Shown: positions 8,699 to 18,746 of the stretch, in pieces
Layout: each line of letters starts with the position of its first letter
Numbering within the stretch: the stretch's first letter is position 1
Origin: Candidatus Thorarchaeota archaeon
GTDB lineage: Archaea; Asgardarchaeota; Thorarchaeia; Thorarchaeales; Thorarchaeaceae
Assembly (NCBI GenBank): GCA_048882045.1
Contig: JBHLRZ010000007.1
Location: forward strand, 1 to 64,000
DNA: 64,000 nucleotides
Direction of reading: 5' to 3'
The notes under the pieces: generated by a model
What the model saw: only the letters and a program-made list of their open reading frames with translations
Told to the model about the DNA's origin: nothing
The model's database searches: none
Program-made: the position numbers and the translations under genes

Positions 8699-9693
8699 TT
8701 GTAATGTATAGAAACGCAACAGAAGAACAAATAGAAAAAGTACTGCAGACTGTGAATAATCTTGGGTACACACCCATTCCCAATCCAGGTGCTCAAAGAA
8801 TGGTGATCAACATAACTGGCGATGTTGATCTGTTGGACTCTAGCAAGATTGAGGATCTAGAGGGAGTCATGAAGGTCATCCGAGTTACAAAGCCCTATAG
8901 ACTAGCGGACATCGAAATCAAACCTGAGCCAACAGTAATCGAAGTCGGTGACGTTGAGATTGGTGGAGGCAATATCACTATCATAGCTGGTCCATGTAGT
9001 GTTGAATCCAAAGAGCAAATTGTCGAAGCTGCGATTGCGGTGAAGGAATGTGGTGGAGATATCCTTCGCGGAGGCGCATTCAAACCAAGAACTTCACCAT
9101 ATTCATTCCAAGGACTTGGTATAGAGGGTCTCAAATATCTCAAAGAAGCGCGTCGTCGAACGGGACTTCCAATAATTACTGAGGCAGTAGATGTTGAAAC
9201 GTTTGGATATGTAGAGTCAATTGCAGATATTGTTCAGATTGGTGCCAGGAATATGCAGAATTACTCGCTCCTGAAAAGAGCAGGACTCTCACCCAAACCA
9301 GTTCTATTGAAACGAGGTATGTGGGCGACACTAACGGAACTGCTTGCTGCAGCAGAGTACATTATGTCTGAAGGAAACCATCAGGTCATACTCTGCGAGA
9401 GAGGAATACGGACCCAAGGCAATCATGTCAGGTTTACACTAGATTTGGCTAGTATCCCAGTCCTACGAACTCTTACACATCTTCCATTGATAGTAGATCC
9501 AAGTCACGCAGCAGGAAAGAGGGACATTGTTATTCCATTGGCTCGTGCAGGTCTAGCTGTAGGAGCAGATGGTCTGATTATTGAGGTCCACCCTAAACCA
9601 GAAGATGCACTTGTGGATGGAGCTCAGTCCCTCACAGTTGAGATGTTTCGTGACTTCATGGGAACGCTCAACGACAACAAAGTGAGAGTGTAG
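8692..9693 (+). CDS. aroF: DAHP synthase type I-beta with N-terminal ferredoxin-like regulatory domain
   Basis: [39 protein letters not shown]. Confidence 0.95.
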   Translation: MLVVMYRNATEEQIEKVLQTVNNLGYTPIPNPGAQRMVINITGDVDLLDSSKIEDLEGVMKVIRVTKPYRLADIEIKPEPTVIEVGDVEIGGGNITIIAGPCSVESKEQIVEAAIAVKECGGDILRGGAFKPRTSPYSFQGLGIEGLKYLKEARRRTGLPIITEAVDVETFGYVESIADIVQIGARNMQNYSLLKRAGLSPKPVLLKRGMWATLTELLAAAEYIMSEGNHQVILCERGIRTQGNHVRFTLDLASIPVLRTLTHLPLIVDPSHAAGKRDIVIPLARAGLAVGADGLIIEVHPKPEDALVDGAQSLTVEMFRDFMGTLNDNKVRV

Positions 9694-9708
9694 GAGTGCA
9701 TTTCGTGT

Positions 9709-10380
9709 ATGACCCGACTCTGTGTCTGCCTTACTGAGAAGACATCACTCAGTTGCAGTGACTTCGTGAAAAATACAGACGCTGATCTCATAGAGCACCG
9801 TATGGATTTCATGAATCCAATCCAAGGTCTGAGTGAAATCTATTCGAGTACAGAAATTCCAATCATAGCGACATGTCGTTCTCGCACGGAAGGTGGATTC
9901 TTCAAAGGGAAAGAAACTCAAAGAATCAATCATCTAATAGAAGCTGTCAAAGCTGGAGCTTCGTTTGTGGACGTTGAGGTAGAAACAAAGCAGCATCACT
10001 TCTTGAAGATACGTGATGTCATCTCTACCATGAGTTGTCAACTCATTATGTCAAAGCACTATTCTGAGTTCACACCAAGATATGACAAGCTAGTTGAACT
10101 AATCCAAAAAATGCAGAGAACAGATGCAGATATTCTGAAGATTGTGGTTACTCCTCAAACAATTCAAGATTGCATTCATGTACTGCAGCTTTACGCGGAT
10201 GAGAAAATAGAAACCCCGCTCATATCTTTTGGAATGGGTGATCGATGGAAATTCACTCGTGTGGTAGCTTTACTCATGGGAGCACCCTTCATGTATGTTT
10301 CACAAGATACTGGCCAGCCAGCAGCCTCTGGACAGATTTCTTTGTCTGAAATGAGGAGGATACTGGAGGTGCTGTCTTGA
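9709..10380 (+). CDS. aroD: Type I 3-dehydroquinate dehydratase
   Basis: EHRMD, ATCRS..EGG, KIV, FGMG..TR, A.GQ motifs and operon context. Confidence 0.9.
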   Translation: MTRLCVCLTEKTSLSCSDFVKNTDADLIEHRMDFMNPIQGLSEIYSSTEIPIIATCRSRTEGGFFKGKETQRINHLIEAVKAGASFVDVEVETKQHHFLKIRDVISTMSCQLIMSKHYSEFTPRYDKLVELIQKMQRTDADILKIVVTPQTIQDCIHVLQLYADEKIETPLISFGMGDRWKFTRVVALLMGAPFMYVSQDTGQPAASGQISLSEMRRILEVLS

Positions 10381-11222
10381 AGAAATTAGTCTTGATTGGG
10401 CATCCACTTGGTCACTCACTAAGTCCAGTTATGCATAATGCGGCTCTTCGAGAACTCGGCCTCGACGACCAGTATAGGTATGAATTACGACCAGTGTATG
10501 AACATGAGCTTGAGAATATTGTGGCATCGATACAAAACGAAGAGTTGGCTGGAGCAAATGTTACAATTCCTTACAAGTCCAAAATTATGAGGCACCTTTC
10601 AGATATTTCAGAAGATGCAAGAGCCATTGGCTCTGTTAATACACTTGTACGCATCGACAAGGAGGTTCGAGGGTACAATACAGATGTTTCAGGATTCATT
10701 CATTCCATGGCAGACCACTCCATTTCGCTTCGCGGAAAGAGAGCAATCATTCTTGGAGCAGGAGGAGCCGCCAGAGCAATAGCATACGCTCTCGTCAAAG
10801 AAGGAGTTACACAATTGGACCTAGTAAATCGGACTCTCCATAACTCGCAGAAGTTAGTGGATGATCTGAGTCTGAAAGAATATTGTGATGTCAAGCTCTG
10901 GTCAATGCATTCGATAAATTTGACGAGTGATAATTCAGACCTTCTGATAAACTGCACACCAATTGGAATGACAGGACACTCAATTTCGAAAACTCCAGTT
11001 AAGGCGGATTTCCTTCATCGTGACATGATTGTAACTGATCTTGTATACAATCCAAGAATGACCAAATTGTTGCAAATGGCTGAACGAGAAGGTTGCACCA
11101 TTATTGACGGGATTGGAATGTTGGTTCACCAGGGAGCCCAAGCGCTTGAGTTATGGACCAATGAGAAACCACCAATTGAAACGATGAAACGTTCTGTCAT
11201 TGATGTGTTGGGAGGGAAATGA
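10377..11222 (+). CDS. aroE: Shikimate dehydrogenase
   Basis: HSLSPVMHN, NVTIPYK, NTD, GAGGAARA, DLVYNP. Confidence 0.96.
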   Translation: MKKLVLIGHPLGHSLSPVMHNAALRELGLDDQYRYELRPVYEHELENIVASIQNEELAGANVTIPYKSKIMRHLSDISEDARAIGSVNTLVRIDKEVRGYNTDVSGFIHSMADHSISLRGKRAIILGAGGAARAIAYALVKEGVTQLDLVNRTLHNSQKLVDDLSLKEYCDVKLWSMHSINLTSDNSDLLINCTPIGMTGHSISKTPVKADFLHRDMIVTDLVYNPRMTKLLQMAEREGCTIIDGIGMLVHQGAQALELWTNEKPPIETMKRSVIDVLGGK

Positions 11223-11223
11223 A

Positions 11224-11745
11224 ATGAGAGGGAACTCAAGAAAGAACATTGGTCTCATCGGCTTCATGGGTACAGGAAAATCGACAATCGGTAAAGCCTT
11301 GGCTGAATCCACCAACAAACAATTCTTTGACACTGATAAAATCATAGAAGAGAAATCAGGAAAGACTGTAAGTCTAATATTCGAGAAATCTGGTGAGAAT
11401 GTTTTCCGTAGGTTGGAATCAGATGTCGTAGTAGAGGTATGTCAAAACGAGTCAGCTGTTATCAGTTTTGGCGGAGGAGTCGTTCTTTCATCGTCGAATG
11501 TTGAAACGATCAGGAAGAGTTGCGTAGTGGTCTTACTTAGAGCGACTGTTGATTCTATCTTTGAGAGAACTCATTCGATGAATGTTCGTCCGTTACTGAA
11601 TGAACAGGATAGGCGGAGCAAGATAGGTGAAATGCTCGACACCAGAATGGGAGCATACGAGAGTTCCATGGACATTGCAGTTGACACCGATTTCAGGGAT
11701 CCGTTGGACCTGGTCGAAGAAATCCGGAGGAGGTTGAAAATCTGA
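11224..11745 (+). CDS. aroK: Shikimate kinase, bacterial P-loop type
   Basis: GFMGTGKSTIG, DTD, FRRLE, SFGGG, RPLL. Start chosen at ATG 11224. Confidence 0.93.
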   Translation: MRGNSRKNIGLIGFMGTGKSTIGKALAESTNKQFFDTDKIIEEKSGKTVSLIFEKSGENVFRRLESDVVVEVCQNESAVISFGGGVVLSSSNVETIRKSCVVVLLRATVDSIFERTHSMNVRPLLNEQDRRSKIGEMLDTRMGAYESSMDIAVDTDFRDPLDLVEEIRRRLKI

Positions 11746-13037
11746 AGGCCATTGTCGGGAGGTCTGAGATAGGTGGTACAGTTCGAGCTCCTCCATCGAA
11801 GAGCTATACACATAGAGGGATAGTTTGTGGTTTTCTATCAAGACATACCACCAAGATCATCAATCCACTCATCTGCGACGACACCGAAGCTACTCAGCGC
11901 CTGTCGAGAATGATGGGAGCACATTTAGAAATTGAAAGCTCGATTCGAATTACAGGTCCTGAGAAGCTTCAAGCTCCATCATTGGAAATGGACTGCGGAG
12001 GTTCCGCAACAACTCTACGCATTTTTACTGCATTGTCCGCATTGACCGATGGAAAATGTGTGTTAACTGGAAACCATTCTTTGAGAGCAAGACCCATGTT
12101 TGACATGCTACGTGCCCTCGATCAACTCGGAATAAAGACATCATCCTATCAAGGGTCCAATAAGCCCCCTATAGAGGTATACGGCAGAGGATTACAGGGT
12201 GGTGTAGTGTCAATTCGTGGTGACATTTCGTCTCAATACATCTCTGGACTTCTCCTAGCATGTTCAAAAGCTGAGAATGAAACCAGAGTCGAGTTAACTA
12301 CTCATCTTGAATCGAAACCATATGTTGAGATGACAATTGAAGTAATGCGTCATTTTGGAATAGTTGTCGATCCATTGAGCGATCAGAACACATTCAGAGT
12401 TCCTGGAAAGCAGGAATACCGAGCCTCAGAATTCGTAGTTCCAGGGGATTTCTCATCTGCAGCTATTCCTTTGGCAGCAGGTTCTCTTTGTGGAAAAACC
12501 GAGGTCAATGGACTGAGTAGAGATTCAAGGCAAGGCGATTCATTGATCCTCCGTTTCCTTGAGAACATGGGAGGGTCAGTGACTTCGTCAGAGGGAGGAT
12601 TCACAACACAACTCTCAGAACTTCATGCGTCAGACATCGATGTTGCACATACCCCGGATTTGGTTCCGATATTGTCTGTCCTTGCCACGCAAGCTCTGGG
12701 AACAACTCGCATTTACAATGCAGGCAGATTACGAATAAAGGAGAGTGACAGATTGACTTCAATAAGAACTGAACTAAATAAGATGGGCGCACGAATAAAC
12801 GAAACAACAGACGGGCTAGTCATAGAGGGACCCACACCTCTTCATGGAGCAGACATAGACTCTCACAGCGATCATCGGATAGCTATGGCTTGTTTCGTTG
12901 CAGCACTCATAGCAGAGGGACAAACAATAATCAATGGAGTAGAGTGTGTAACCAAAAGTTATCCAACATTTCTGGAAGACATGCAATCTCTTGGAGCAGA
13001 ATTTGAGTTAGAGAGAGATAGGAGGACAGCAAAGTGA
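11742..13037 (+). CDS. aroA: EPSP synthase, probable CTG start
   Basis: The in-frame region upstream of ATG 11910 encodes APPSKSYTHR and DDTEAT. Other motifs: SSQYISG, RIKESDR, DHRIAM, KSYP. CTG 11742 overlaps the aroK stop and follows GGAGGAGG. Confidence 0.93.
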   Translation: MKAIVGRSEIGGTVRAPPSKSYTHRGIVCGFLSRHTTKIINPLICDDTEATQRLSRMMGAHLEIESSIRITGPEKLQAPSLEMDCGGSATTLRIFTALSALTDGKCVLTGNHSLRARPMFDMLRALDQLGIKTSSYQGSNKPPIEVYGRGLQGGVVSIRGDISSQYISGLLLACSKAENETRVELTTHLESKPYVEMTIEVMRHFGIVVDPLSDQNTFRVPGKQEYRASEFVVPGDFSSAAIPLAAGSLCGKTEVNGLSRDSRQGDSLILRFLENMGGSVTSSEGGFTTQLSELHASDIDVAHTPDLVPILSVLATQALGTTRIYNAGRLRIKESDRLTSIRTELNKMGARINETTDGLVIEGPTPLHGADIDSHSDHRIAMACFVAALIAEGQTIINGVECVTKSYPTFLEDMQSLGAEFELERDRRTAK

Positions 13038-14122
13038 CATTCACATTTGGGAAGATATTCAGAATCCAAGTATTTGGAGAATCTCACGGAAATGGTGTAG
13101 GTGTGGTTATTGAAGGAGTACCACCTGGGTTCCCTATTGATAAATCTCAGATTCAAAGGGAGTTAGATCGCCGACGTCCTGGCTCAGGAGAACTTGTTTC
13201 AGCGAGGTCAGAGATGGACAATTTCAGCATACGAAGTGGAGAGTTTAATGGAAGAGCGACAGGAGGACCGATAATGATGTTTATACCAAACATCGACATC
13301 GATTCCACTTCATATGAAGAGATAAAGGACACTCCTAGACCAGGTCATGCAGACTACACTGCTCGAATGAAATACAAAGGAAACAACGACTATCGTGGTG
13401 GAGGCTTCTTCTCTGGGAGAATAACTGCAGCTTATGTAATGGCAGGAGCCATAGCAAAACAGATACTGCAGACTCTCGAGATCGAGGTGCATGCTCACAC
13501 AACGCAAATTGGAAGAGTTATTGTCCAGAAGGATATCTCGAGTGAAGAGATCAAGAATAATGTATACACAAATCCAGTAAGATGTGCAGATACCGATTTA
13601 GTTTCTGAAATGGAATTGGAAATTGCGAACGCAAGAGAGGATGATGACTCGGTAGGCGGGGTGATTGAATGCCGAATTATCGGAGCTCCAGTTGGTCTAG
13701 GAGAACCGATTTTTGATTCAGTTGAGAGTGTAATCAGTCATGGAATGTTCAGTATTCCTGCCATCAAAGGAATTGAATTCGGTTCAGGATTTGAAGGCTC
13801 TGCGAAACGAGGTTCAGAAAATAACGACTTTCCAATCATAGAGAACGGTGAGGTCACTTGGTCGAAAAATGATTCTGGAGGTATCTTAGGAGGAATAAGT
13901 AATGGAGCCCCCATCGTTTTTCGAGTAGCTATCAAACCAACTCCGAGTATTGGAAGAGAGCAGAAGACTGTTGACCTAGGAACTATGAAAGAAACAATCA
14001 TTCAGATCAAAGGTCGCAATGATCCATCGATAGTTCCAAGGGCTGTTCCAGTTGTGGAATCGATGGCTGCTCTAGTTATTGTGGACTTAATGATGATGAA
14101 TTCAACAATTATCAATCCATGA
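13034..14122 (+). CDS. aroC: Chorismate synthase
   Basis: FGESHG, RRRPG, PRPGHAD, DSVGG, GGISNG, KPTPSI. Confidence 0.97.
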   Translation: MTFTFGKIFRIQVFGESHGNGVGVVIEGVPPGFPIDKSQIQRELDRRRPGSGELVSARSEMDNFSIRSGEFNGRATGGPIMMFIPNIDIDSTSYEEIKDTPRPGHADYTARMKYKGNNDYRGGGFFSGRITAAYVMAGAIAKQILQTLEIEVHAHTTQIGRVIVQKDISSEEIKNNVYTNPVRCADTDLVSEMELEIANAREDDDSVGGVIECRIIGAPVGLGEPIFDSVESVISHGMFSIPAIKGIEFGSGFEGSAKRGSENNDFPIIENGEVTWSKNDSGGILGGISNGAPIVFRVAIKPTPSIGREQKTVDLGTMKETIIQIKGRNDPSIVPRAVPVVESMAALVIVDLMMMNSTIINP

Positions 14123-14219
14123 AATTACTCCAATTAACTTGAGATCATGTTCAATTCTATCTGAAGCTTGGTGAAGAGCAACCAAGCTCGATATAAGGCA
14201 CGGGACTAGAAGCTCCACT

Positions 14220-15431
14220 ATGAAAGATATTGTTGTTGTGTCAGCATGCCGGAGCCCAATCGGAACATTCGGAGGTTCATTGAAGGATTTGCAAGCTCCT
14301 GAACTTGGGGGATTAGTAATCAAGGCAGCTGTAGAACGTGCTGGAATAAATCCACTAATTATTGGAGACCTTAGATTTGGGAATTGCTTCGAACCACCTA
14401 AAGCTCTGAACGTTGCTAGGATTTCTGCTTTACTTGGAGGAATCCCATGGACTGTGCCAGCTGTCACGATTAACAGAGTATGTACATCAGCTATGGAAGC
14501 GATCATAAGTGGTGCACTCCAGATTGAAACTGATTTTACTGATGTTGTGTTAGCAGGTGGAGTTGAATCGATGTCTAATGTGCCTTATTGCGTTGAGAAC
14601 GCAAGATGGGGTATGAGACTATTCGACGGTGTGTTCATGGATGCATTGACAACTGGTTTGCACGCTGGAAGTCATTTCTATCCGCATCCTGAAACAGGTA
14701 AACACTACATCATGGGCGAAACAGCGGAGTTTCTGAATGAGAAATATGGTTTTTCAAGAGAGGACCAAGACATAGTAGCTCTTCGATCACAGAACAATGC
14801 TGAGCGAGCAACAATTGAAGGTGATTTCAAAGAGGAGATAGTCCCCATAGAAATTGAAGGTAGAAAAGAAACAACAATTGTAGAGAAGGATGAACACTTT
14901 AGACCAGGTCTTACAATGGAAGACCTGTCCAAGCTAAGACCTGCATTCAGGAAAGATGGGACTGTTACAGCTGGTAACTCGAGTGGAATCAATGATGGTG
15001 CAGCAGCGATGATTATCATGACCCAGGAGAGAGCTGATGAGTTGAAACTCAAACCTATCGCACGTTTCACCGGATATGGAATGGGATGCAGTGAGCCACA
15101 TCTCATGGGTGAAAGTCCAATTGTTGCTGTTCAGAACCTAATTGATCGGACCGGACAGGGATTTGACGATTGGGATCTTGTTGAGCTCAACGAAGCTTTT
15201 GCCAGTCAGTTTCTTGCTGTCGAGAAAGGGTTGAAACCCCTTGGCTTTGATAGAGAGAAAGTGAATGTTAATGGCTCAGGAATCGGGCTGGGACATCCGG
15301 TTGGTTGCACAGGTGCAAGAATAGTAGTCACATTGCTTCACGCATTGAAAAAGAGAGGTTTCAAGACCGGGATGGCTACGCTTTGTGGTGGTGGAGGAAT
15401 CAGCACCGCGACGACATGGGAGCTCATTTAG
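14220..15431 (+). CDS. Acetyl-CoA C-acyltransferase (thiolase)
   Basis: NRVCTSA, TAGNSSGINDGA, NEAF, GHPVGCTG, LCGGGG. Confidence 0.95.
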   Translation: MKDIVVVSACRSPIGTFGGSLKDLQAPELGGLVIKAAVERAGINPLIIGDLRFGNCFEPPKALNVARISALLGGIPWTVPAVTINRVCTSAMEAIISGALQIETDFTDVVLAGGVESMSNVPYCVENARWGMRLFDGVFMDALTTGLHAGSHFYPHPETGKHYIMGETAEFLNEKYGFSREDQDIVALRSQNNAERATIEGDFKEEIVPIEIEGRKETTIVEKDEHFRPGLTMEDLSKLRPAFRKDGTVTAGNSSGINDGAAAMIIMTQERADELKLKPIARFTGYGMGCSEPHLMGESPIVAVQNLIDRTGQGFDDWDLVELNEAFASQFLAVEKGLKPLGFDREKVNVNGSGIGLGHPVGCTGARIVVTLLHALKKRGFKTGMATLCGGGGISTATTWELI

Positions 15432-15452
15432 AATTCCCAATCCACGACCGAA

Positions 15453-16745
15453 CTAGCCTAAACCAGCGAGCCCCCTTCTATCACGAATTATCAGAATGAC
15501 TGCAACCACCATGATGAGTCCACTTCCCCCAATGATTATCGATGCAATTAACGTATTAGAAAAAGGATCACCAATTATCGTCGGTGACGTTGTAGGTGTA
15601 GTTGTGGTCGTAGATCCAGTTGTGGTTGTAGTTGTAATTGTAGGTGGCGTGTATATCATTGGATAATGATCGATACTTCCAGCTGAACCAGGAATATAAT
15701 ACCACCCAGAGCCTTCATAGTCTGACCAGTAATTTCCTATCAATGAAACAGGATTGTCCCACGAATTTCCATCGCCAGAATCGTAGGCATTACTTCCTTC
15801 AGTCGGTCCAAGATAGTTTTCTTCAATGGTTGCACCAGATGAACCTTCACCAAGATAGATCCCATATTCGATAGTGTTGGAAACTGTGCAATCGGAAATC
15901 CTAGGATTATTAGCCATTATCATCTCGATTCCCGATTCACAGTTAGCAATATAATTGCTGACCAATTCAGTGTCGTTTGAAGCAAGGGTGTATACCCCGA
16001 TGTTTGAAAACTGAGGATCACCAAGGTATGTGCTCGTAATCGTGTTCCCCTCTATATACGTCTGATTATCATACAGACTGATGATTGCATAGTCTGGCAC
16101 CTCGAGTATCGAATTGTGAGCAATAACGCACAAATCATTCATTGTAGAATTGACTCCCACCCAATCATTCCAACCAAGATTGTTCTCCAAGATTTCGATG
16201 TTTTTGCTGTCAAGTATCTTGATTCCTGTAAAACAATCATGTACTGTTGTAGAGTTCACCTCGATGCTTGTGCAGTTTTGAATCAGAATGCCTGTGTCTT
16301 TCATATCAGCGACTGACATTTGAATTACGCCGTTGGAACAGTTGACGAGCTTAATACCTGTGGAACCCCAATATGGGAAAAAATAATCCAATGTTTGACA
16401 ATTTCCGATGTAGAAGTAAAGATCAACATTCATGATTGTTATAGCTTCGTGTGAGAACTCAATAATATAGTCAGAAATTAAGATGGGAGAGTCCCATTCC
16501 CCAGTCCCGGGCCAACCATTCGCAACTTTCTGTGTCAAGAAATCACTGTTATTCATGATTATTATTGGATCATGATAGACCATCTGAGCAAGAGTCGCAC
16601 TTTTTTCCATAGAAGAGTTATTTCGGAGTTTATAATCGAAAGTACTCACTGAAGAGCCAACTAAGATCAACACAAGCCCAACAAGTATAGCCGTCTTCTT
16701 CTCCAATGCGTACTCCCGCCTTTGTAACAATTTCATTTGAAACAA
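15453..16745 (-). CDS. Membrane-anchored beta-helix (NosD/CASH-like) protein, paralog of 3664-4887
   Basis: Shared segments YWGSTGIKL.NCSNG, GWNDWVGVN, SNAYDSG, GN.WSDY, AGSIDH. Thr-rich linker and C-terminal TM. True start probably slightly downstream of 16745. Confidence 0.85.
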   Translation of the reverse strand: MFQMKLLQRREYALEKKTAILVGLVLILVGSSVSTFDYKLRNNSSMEKSATLAQMVYHDPIIIMNNSDFLTQKVANGWPGTGEWDSPILISDYIIEFSHEAITIMNVDLYFYIGNCQTLDYFFPYWGSTGIKLVNCSNGVIQMSVADMKDTGILIQNCTSIEVNSTTVHDCFTGIKILDSKNIEILENNLGWNDWVGVNSTMNDLCVIAHNSILEVPDYAIISLYDNQTYIEGNTITSTYLGDPQFSNIGVYTLASNDTELVSNYIANCESGIEMIMANNPRISDCTVSNTIEYGIYLGEGSSGATIEENYLGPTEGSNAYDSGDGNSWDNPVSLIGNYWSDYEGSGWYYIPGSAGSIDHYPMIYTPPTITTTTTTGSTTTTTPTTSPTIIGDPFSNTLIASIIIGGSGLIMVVAVILIIRDRRGLAGLG

Positions 16746-16837
16746 GATAATTCTAATGTTTCTACTTGAATTCTAATTGATAATCGAAGAGAGTCAGACC
16801 CACACGTTTATTAAGAATATAACAATTGTTAATAAAC

Positions 16838-18265
16838 ATGAAGGAGTATGATTTGATTGTAATTGGATCTGGATCTGGAATGGCAGTAGCTTCAGGAGCC
16901 TATGAACAGGGCCTCAGGGTTGCAATTGTAGAAAATGGACCAATGGGAGGCATCTGTTTGAACCGGGGTTGTATCCCGACTAAGATTTTAACCTACGTTG
17001 CAGATATTATAACACAAGCAAAGCATCTAGAAGAACTTGGAGTCAAAGTCAAGATTGAGAAAATAGATTATCCCTGGATAATGAATCGAATGAGAAACGA
17101 AGTAGACAAGGACAGCAGAAACCAGGGAGAGTCAGTTGATGCGGCTGAAGGAATCGATTGGTACAAAGGAACCGGAACCTTCGTTGATGATTACACAATG
17201 GAGATTGACGGAGAGAGGATCAGGGCACCCAACATCATGATAGCTGCAGGTTCAAGACCCCTCATTCCTGACATCAAGGGTCTCGACGAAGTTGATTACA
17301 TAACCAATGATGGTGCTCTGCATCTGATGAAACAACCAAAATCGATGCTTATCGTCGGAGGGGGATACGTAGCTACTGAGTTTGGTCACTTCTTCTCAGC
17401 TGTAGGAACTGATGTGACAATCATTGGAAGGAATAGGTATCTAGTAAAGAACGAGGACCCAGATGTTTCAGAGATTCTGAAAGACGAACTGTCCAAACGC
17501 ATGAACGTCTACACGAATCATGAAGTAATCCAAGTAAAGGAAGAAGACGGTCTCAAAATTGTCATCGCTAAGGATAGGGACTCCGGGGAAAAAGTGGAGT
17601 TCAAGGGAGAAGTTCTTCTTGTTGCAGCTGGGAGAAGATCCAATGCAGACCTCTTCAAACCTGAAAAGACAGGAGTAAAGACTGACAAGAATGGATGGGT
17701 CATAGTAGACGAACACTTTCGGACTTCCAAGAAAGGAATTTGGAGCTTTGGAGACGCTATAGGACGGTACCAATTCAGGCACGTCGCAAATGAGGAATCA
17801 CAGATTGTCTGGTATAACTTTGTCAGAACACTCAATGCTCAACATGAAGGAAGGGAACCTGAACTCCTTACAATGACCTATCACGCTGTTCCGAGTGCAG
17901 TGTTCTCATACCCACCAATTGCGACAGTAGGCATGACACTCAAGGAAGCAAAGAAATCTGGTCGTAACCTGTTGGTTGGTGAGGGCAACTATTCGATTGG
18001 AGCAAAAGGTTTCGCAATGGGAGACCCTGCCTCATTAACAAGAGTGATAGCCGACGCAGACACGAGGAGAATCCTTGGAGCCAGTATCATCGGACCATAT
18101 GCTCCGATCCTGATTCAAGAGATTGTCAACCTAATGAACACTTCAGATGGCACATATGCACCCATGTTTCAAGCTATGCACATTCATCCTGCTCTTTCTG
18201 AGATTGTTCAAAGGACATTCGGTAGACTTGCGCCAATCAATGGTGGGCATGTACATCATCATTAG
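16838..18265 (+). CDS. Dihydrolipoamide dehydrogenase / mycothione reductase-like flavin disulfide reductase
   Basis: IGSGSG, GGICLNRGCIPTK redox disulfide, VGGGYV, HIHPALSE. Confidence 0.9.
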   Translation: MKEYDLIVIGSGSGMAVASGAYEQGLRVAIVENGPMGGICLNRGCIPTKILTYVADIITQAKHLEELGVKVKIEKIDYPWIMNRMRNEVDKDSRNQGESVDAAEGIDWYKGTGTFVDDYTMEIDGERIRAPNIMIAAGSRPLIPDIKGLDEVDYITNDGALHLMKQPKSMLIVGGGYVATEFGHFFSAVGTDVTIIGRNRYLVKNEDPDVSEILKDELSKRMNVYTNHEVIQVKEEDGLKIVIAKDRDSGEKVEFKGEVLLVAAGRRSNADLFKPEKTGVKTDKNGWVIVDEHFRTSKKGIWSFGDAIGRYQFRHVANEESQIVWYNFVRTLNAQHEGREPELLTMTYHAVPSAVFSYPPIATVGMTLKEAKKSGRNLLVGEGNYSIGAKGFAMGDPASLTRVIADADTRRILGASIIGPYAPILIQEIVNLMNTSDGTYAPMFQAMHIHPALSEIVQRTFGRLAPINGGHVHHH

Positions 18266-18311
18266 TTAAGAGTTAGAGAGAAGATGTTGGACCAATTCAA
18301 GGCTAATCTTC

Positions 18312-18659
18312 CTACCAGACCATAGGTGTATAGCCTTCTTCCATGAGGTCTGCAATCATAGCACCTACATAGTCAACAGAAATTCCGAGTTTCTCTATCC
18401 TCTTTGAAATCCCATCACGATCTGATAGGAACTTACATGCAACAGGTTGTCCAAGTCCTGCCAATTCATTAGCTGAATTTGTGACGTCAGTATCGCCAAC
18501 CAACAGATTTTCTGATGGTCCAAAGAAGATGACTCTTACGTCCTCAATCCATCCATACTTTATCGTGTTCTTGGCATACATGAGAGCAGTGAGAACTGTT
18601 TCGCGATTTCCTGAAGCAATTATCACTAGTAACTTCGTGTCCATTTTCTGGGTCTCCAT
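18312..18659 (-). CDS. DsrE-family protein
   Basis: LMYAKN..W..DVRVIFFGPSE, VAC motif, GYTPMVW end. Confidence 0.75.
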   Translation of the reverse strand: METQKMDTKLLVIIASGNRETVLTALMYAKNTIKYGWIEDVRVIFFGPSENLLVGDTDVTNSANELAGLGQPVACKFLSDRDGISKRIEKLGISVDYVGAMIADLMEEGYTPMVW

Positions 18660-18746
18660 TTGGTGGTCGTTGAACAAATTCCACAAAAAACAGCTGAATC
18701 CCGCACAACAAACAAAAAGGTGATGAACTCTTTATCTATGTAGTTT

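Noticed and set aside
11910-13037. aroA as an N-terminally truncated pseudogene
   Set aside because: The missing N-terminus is intact and in frame from CTG 11742.
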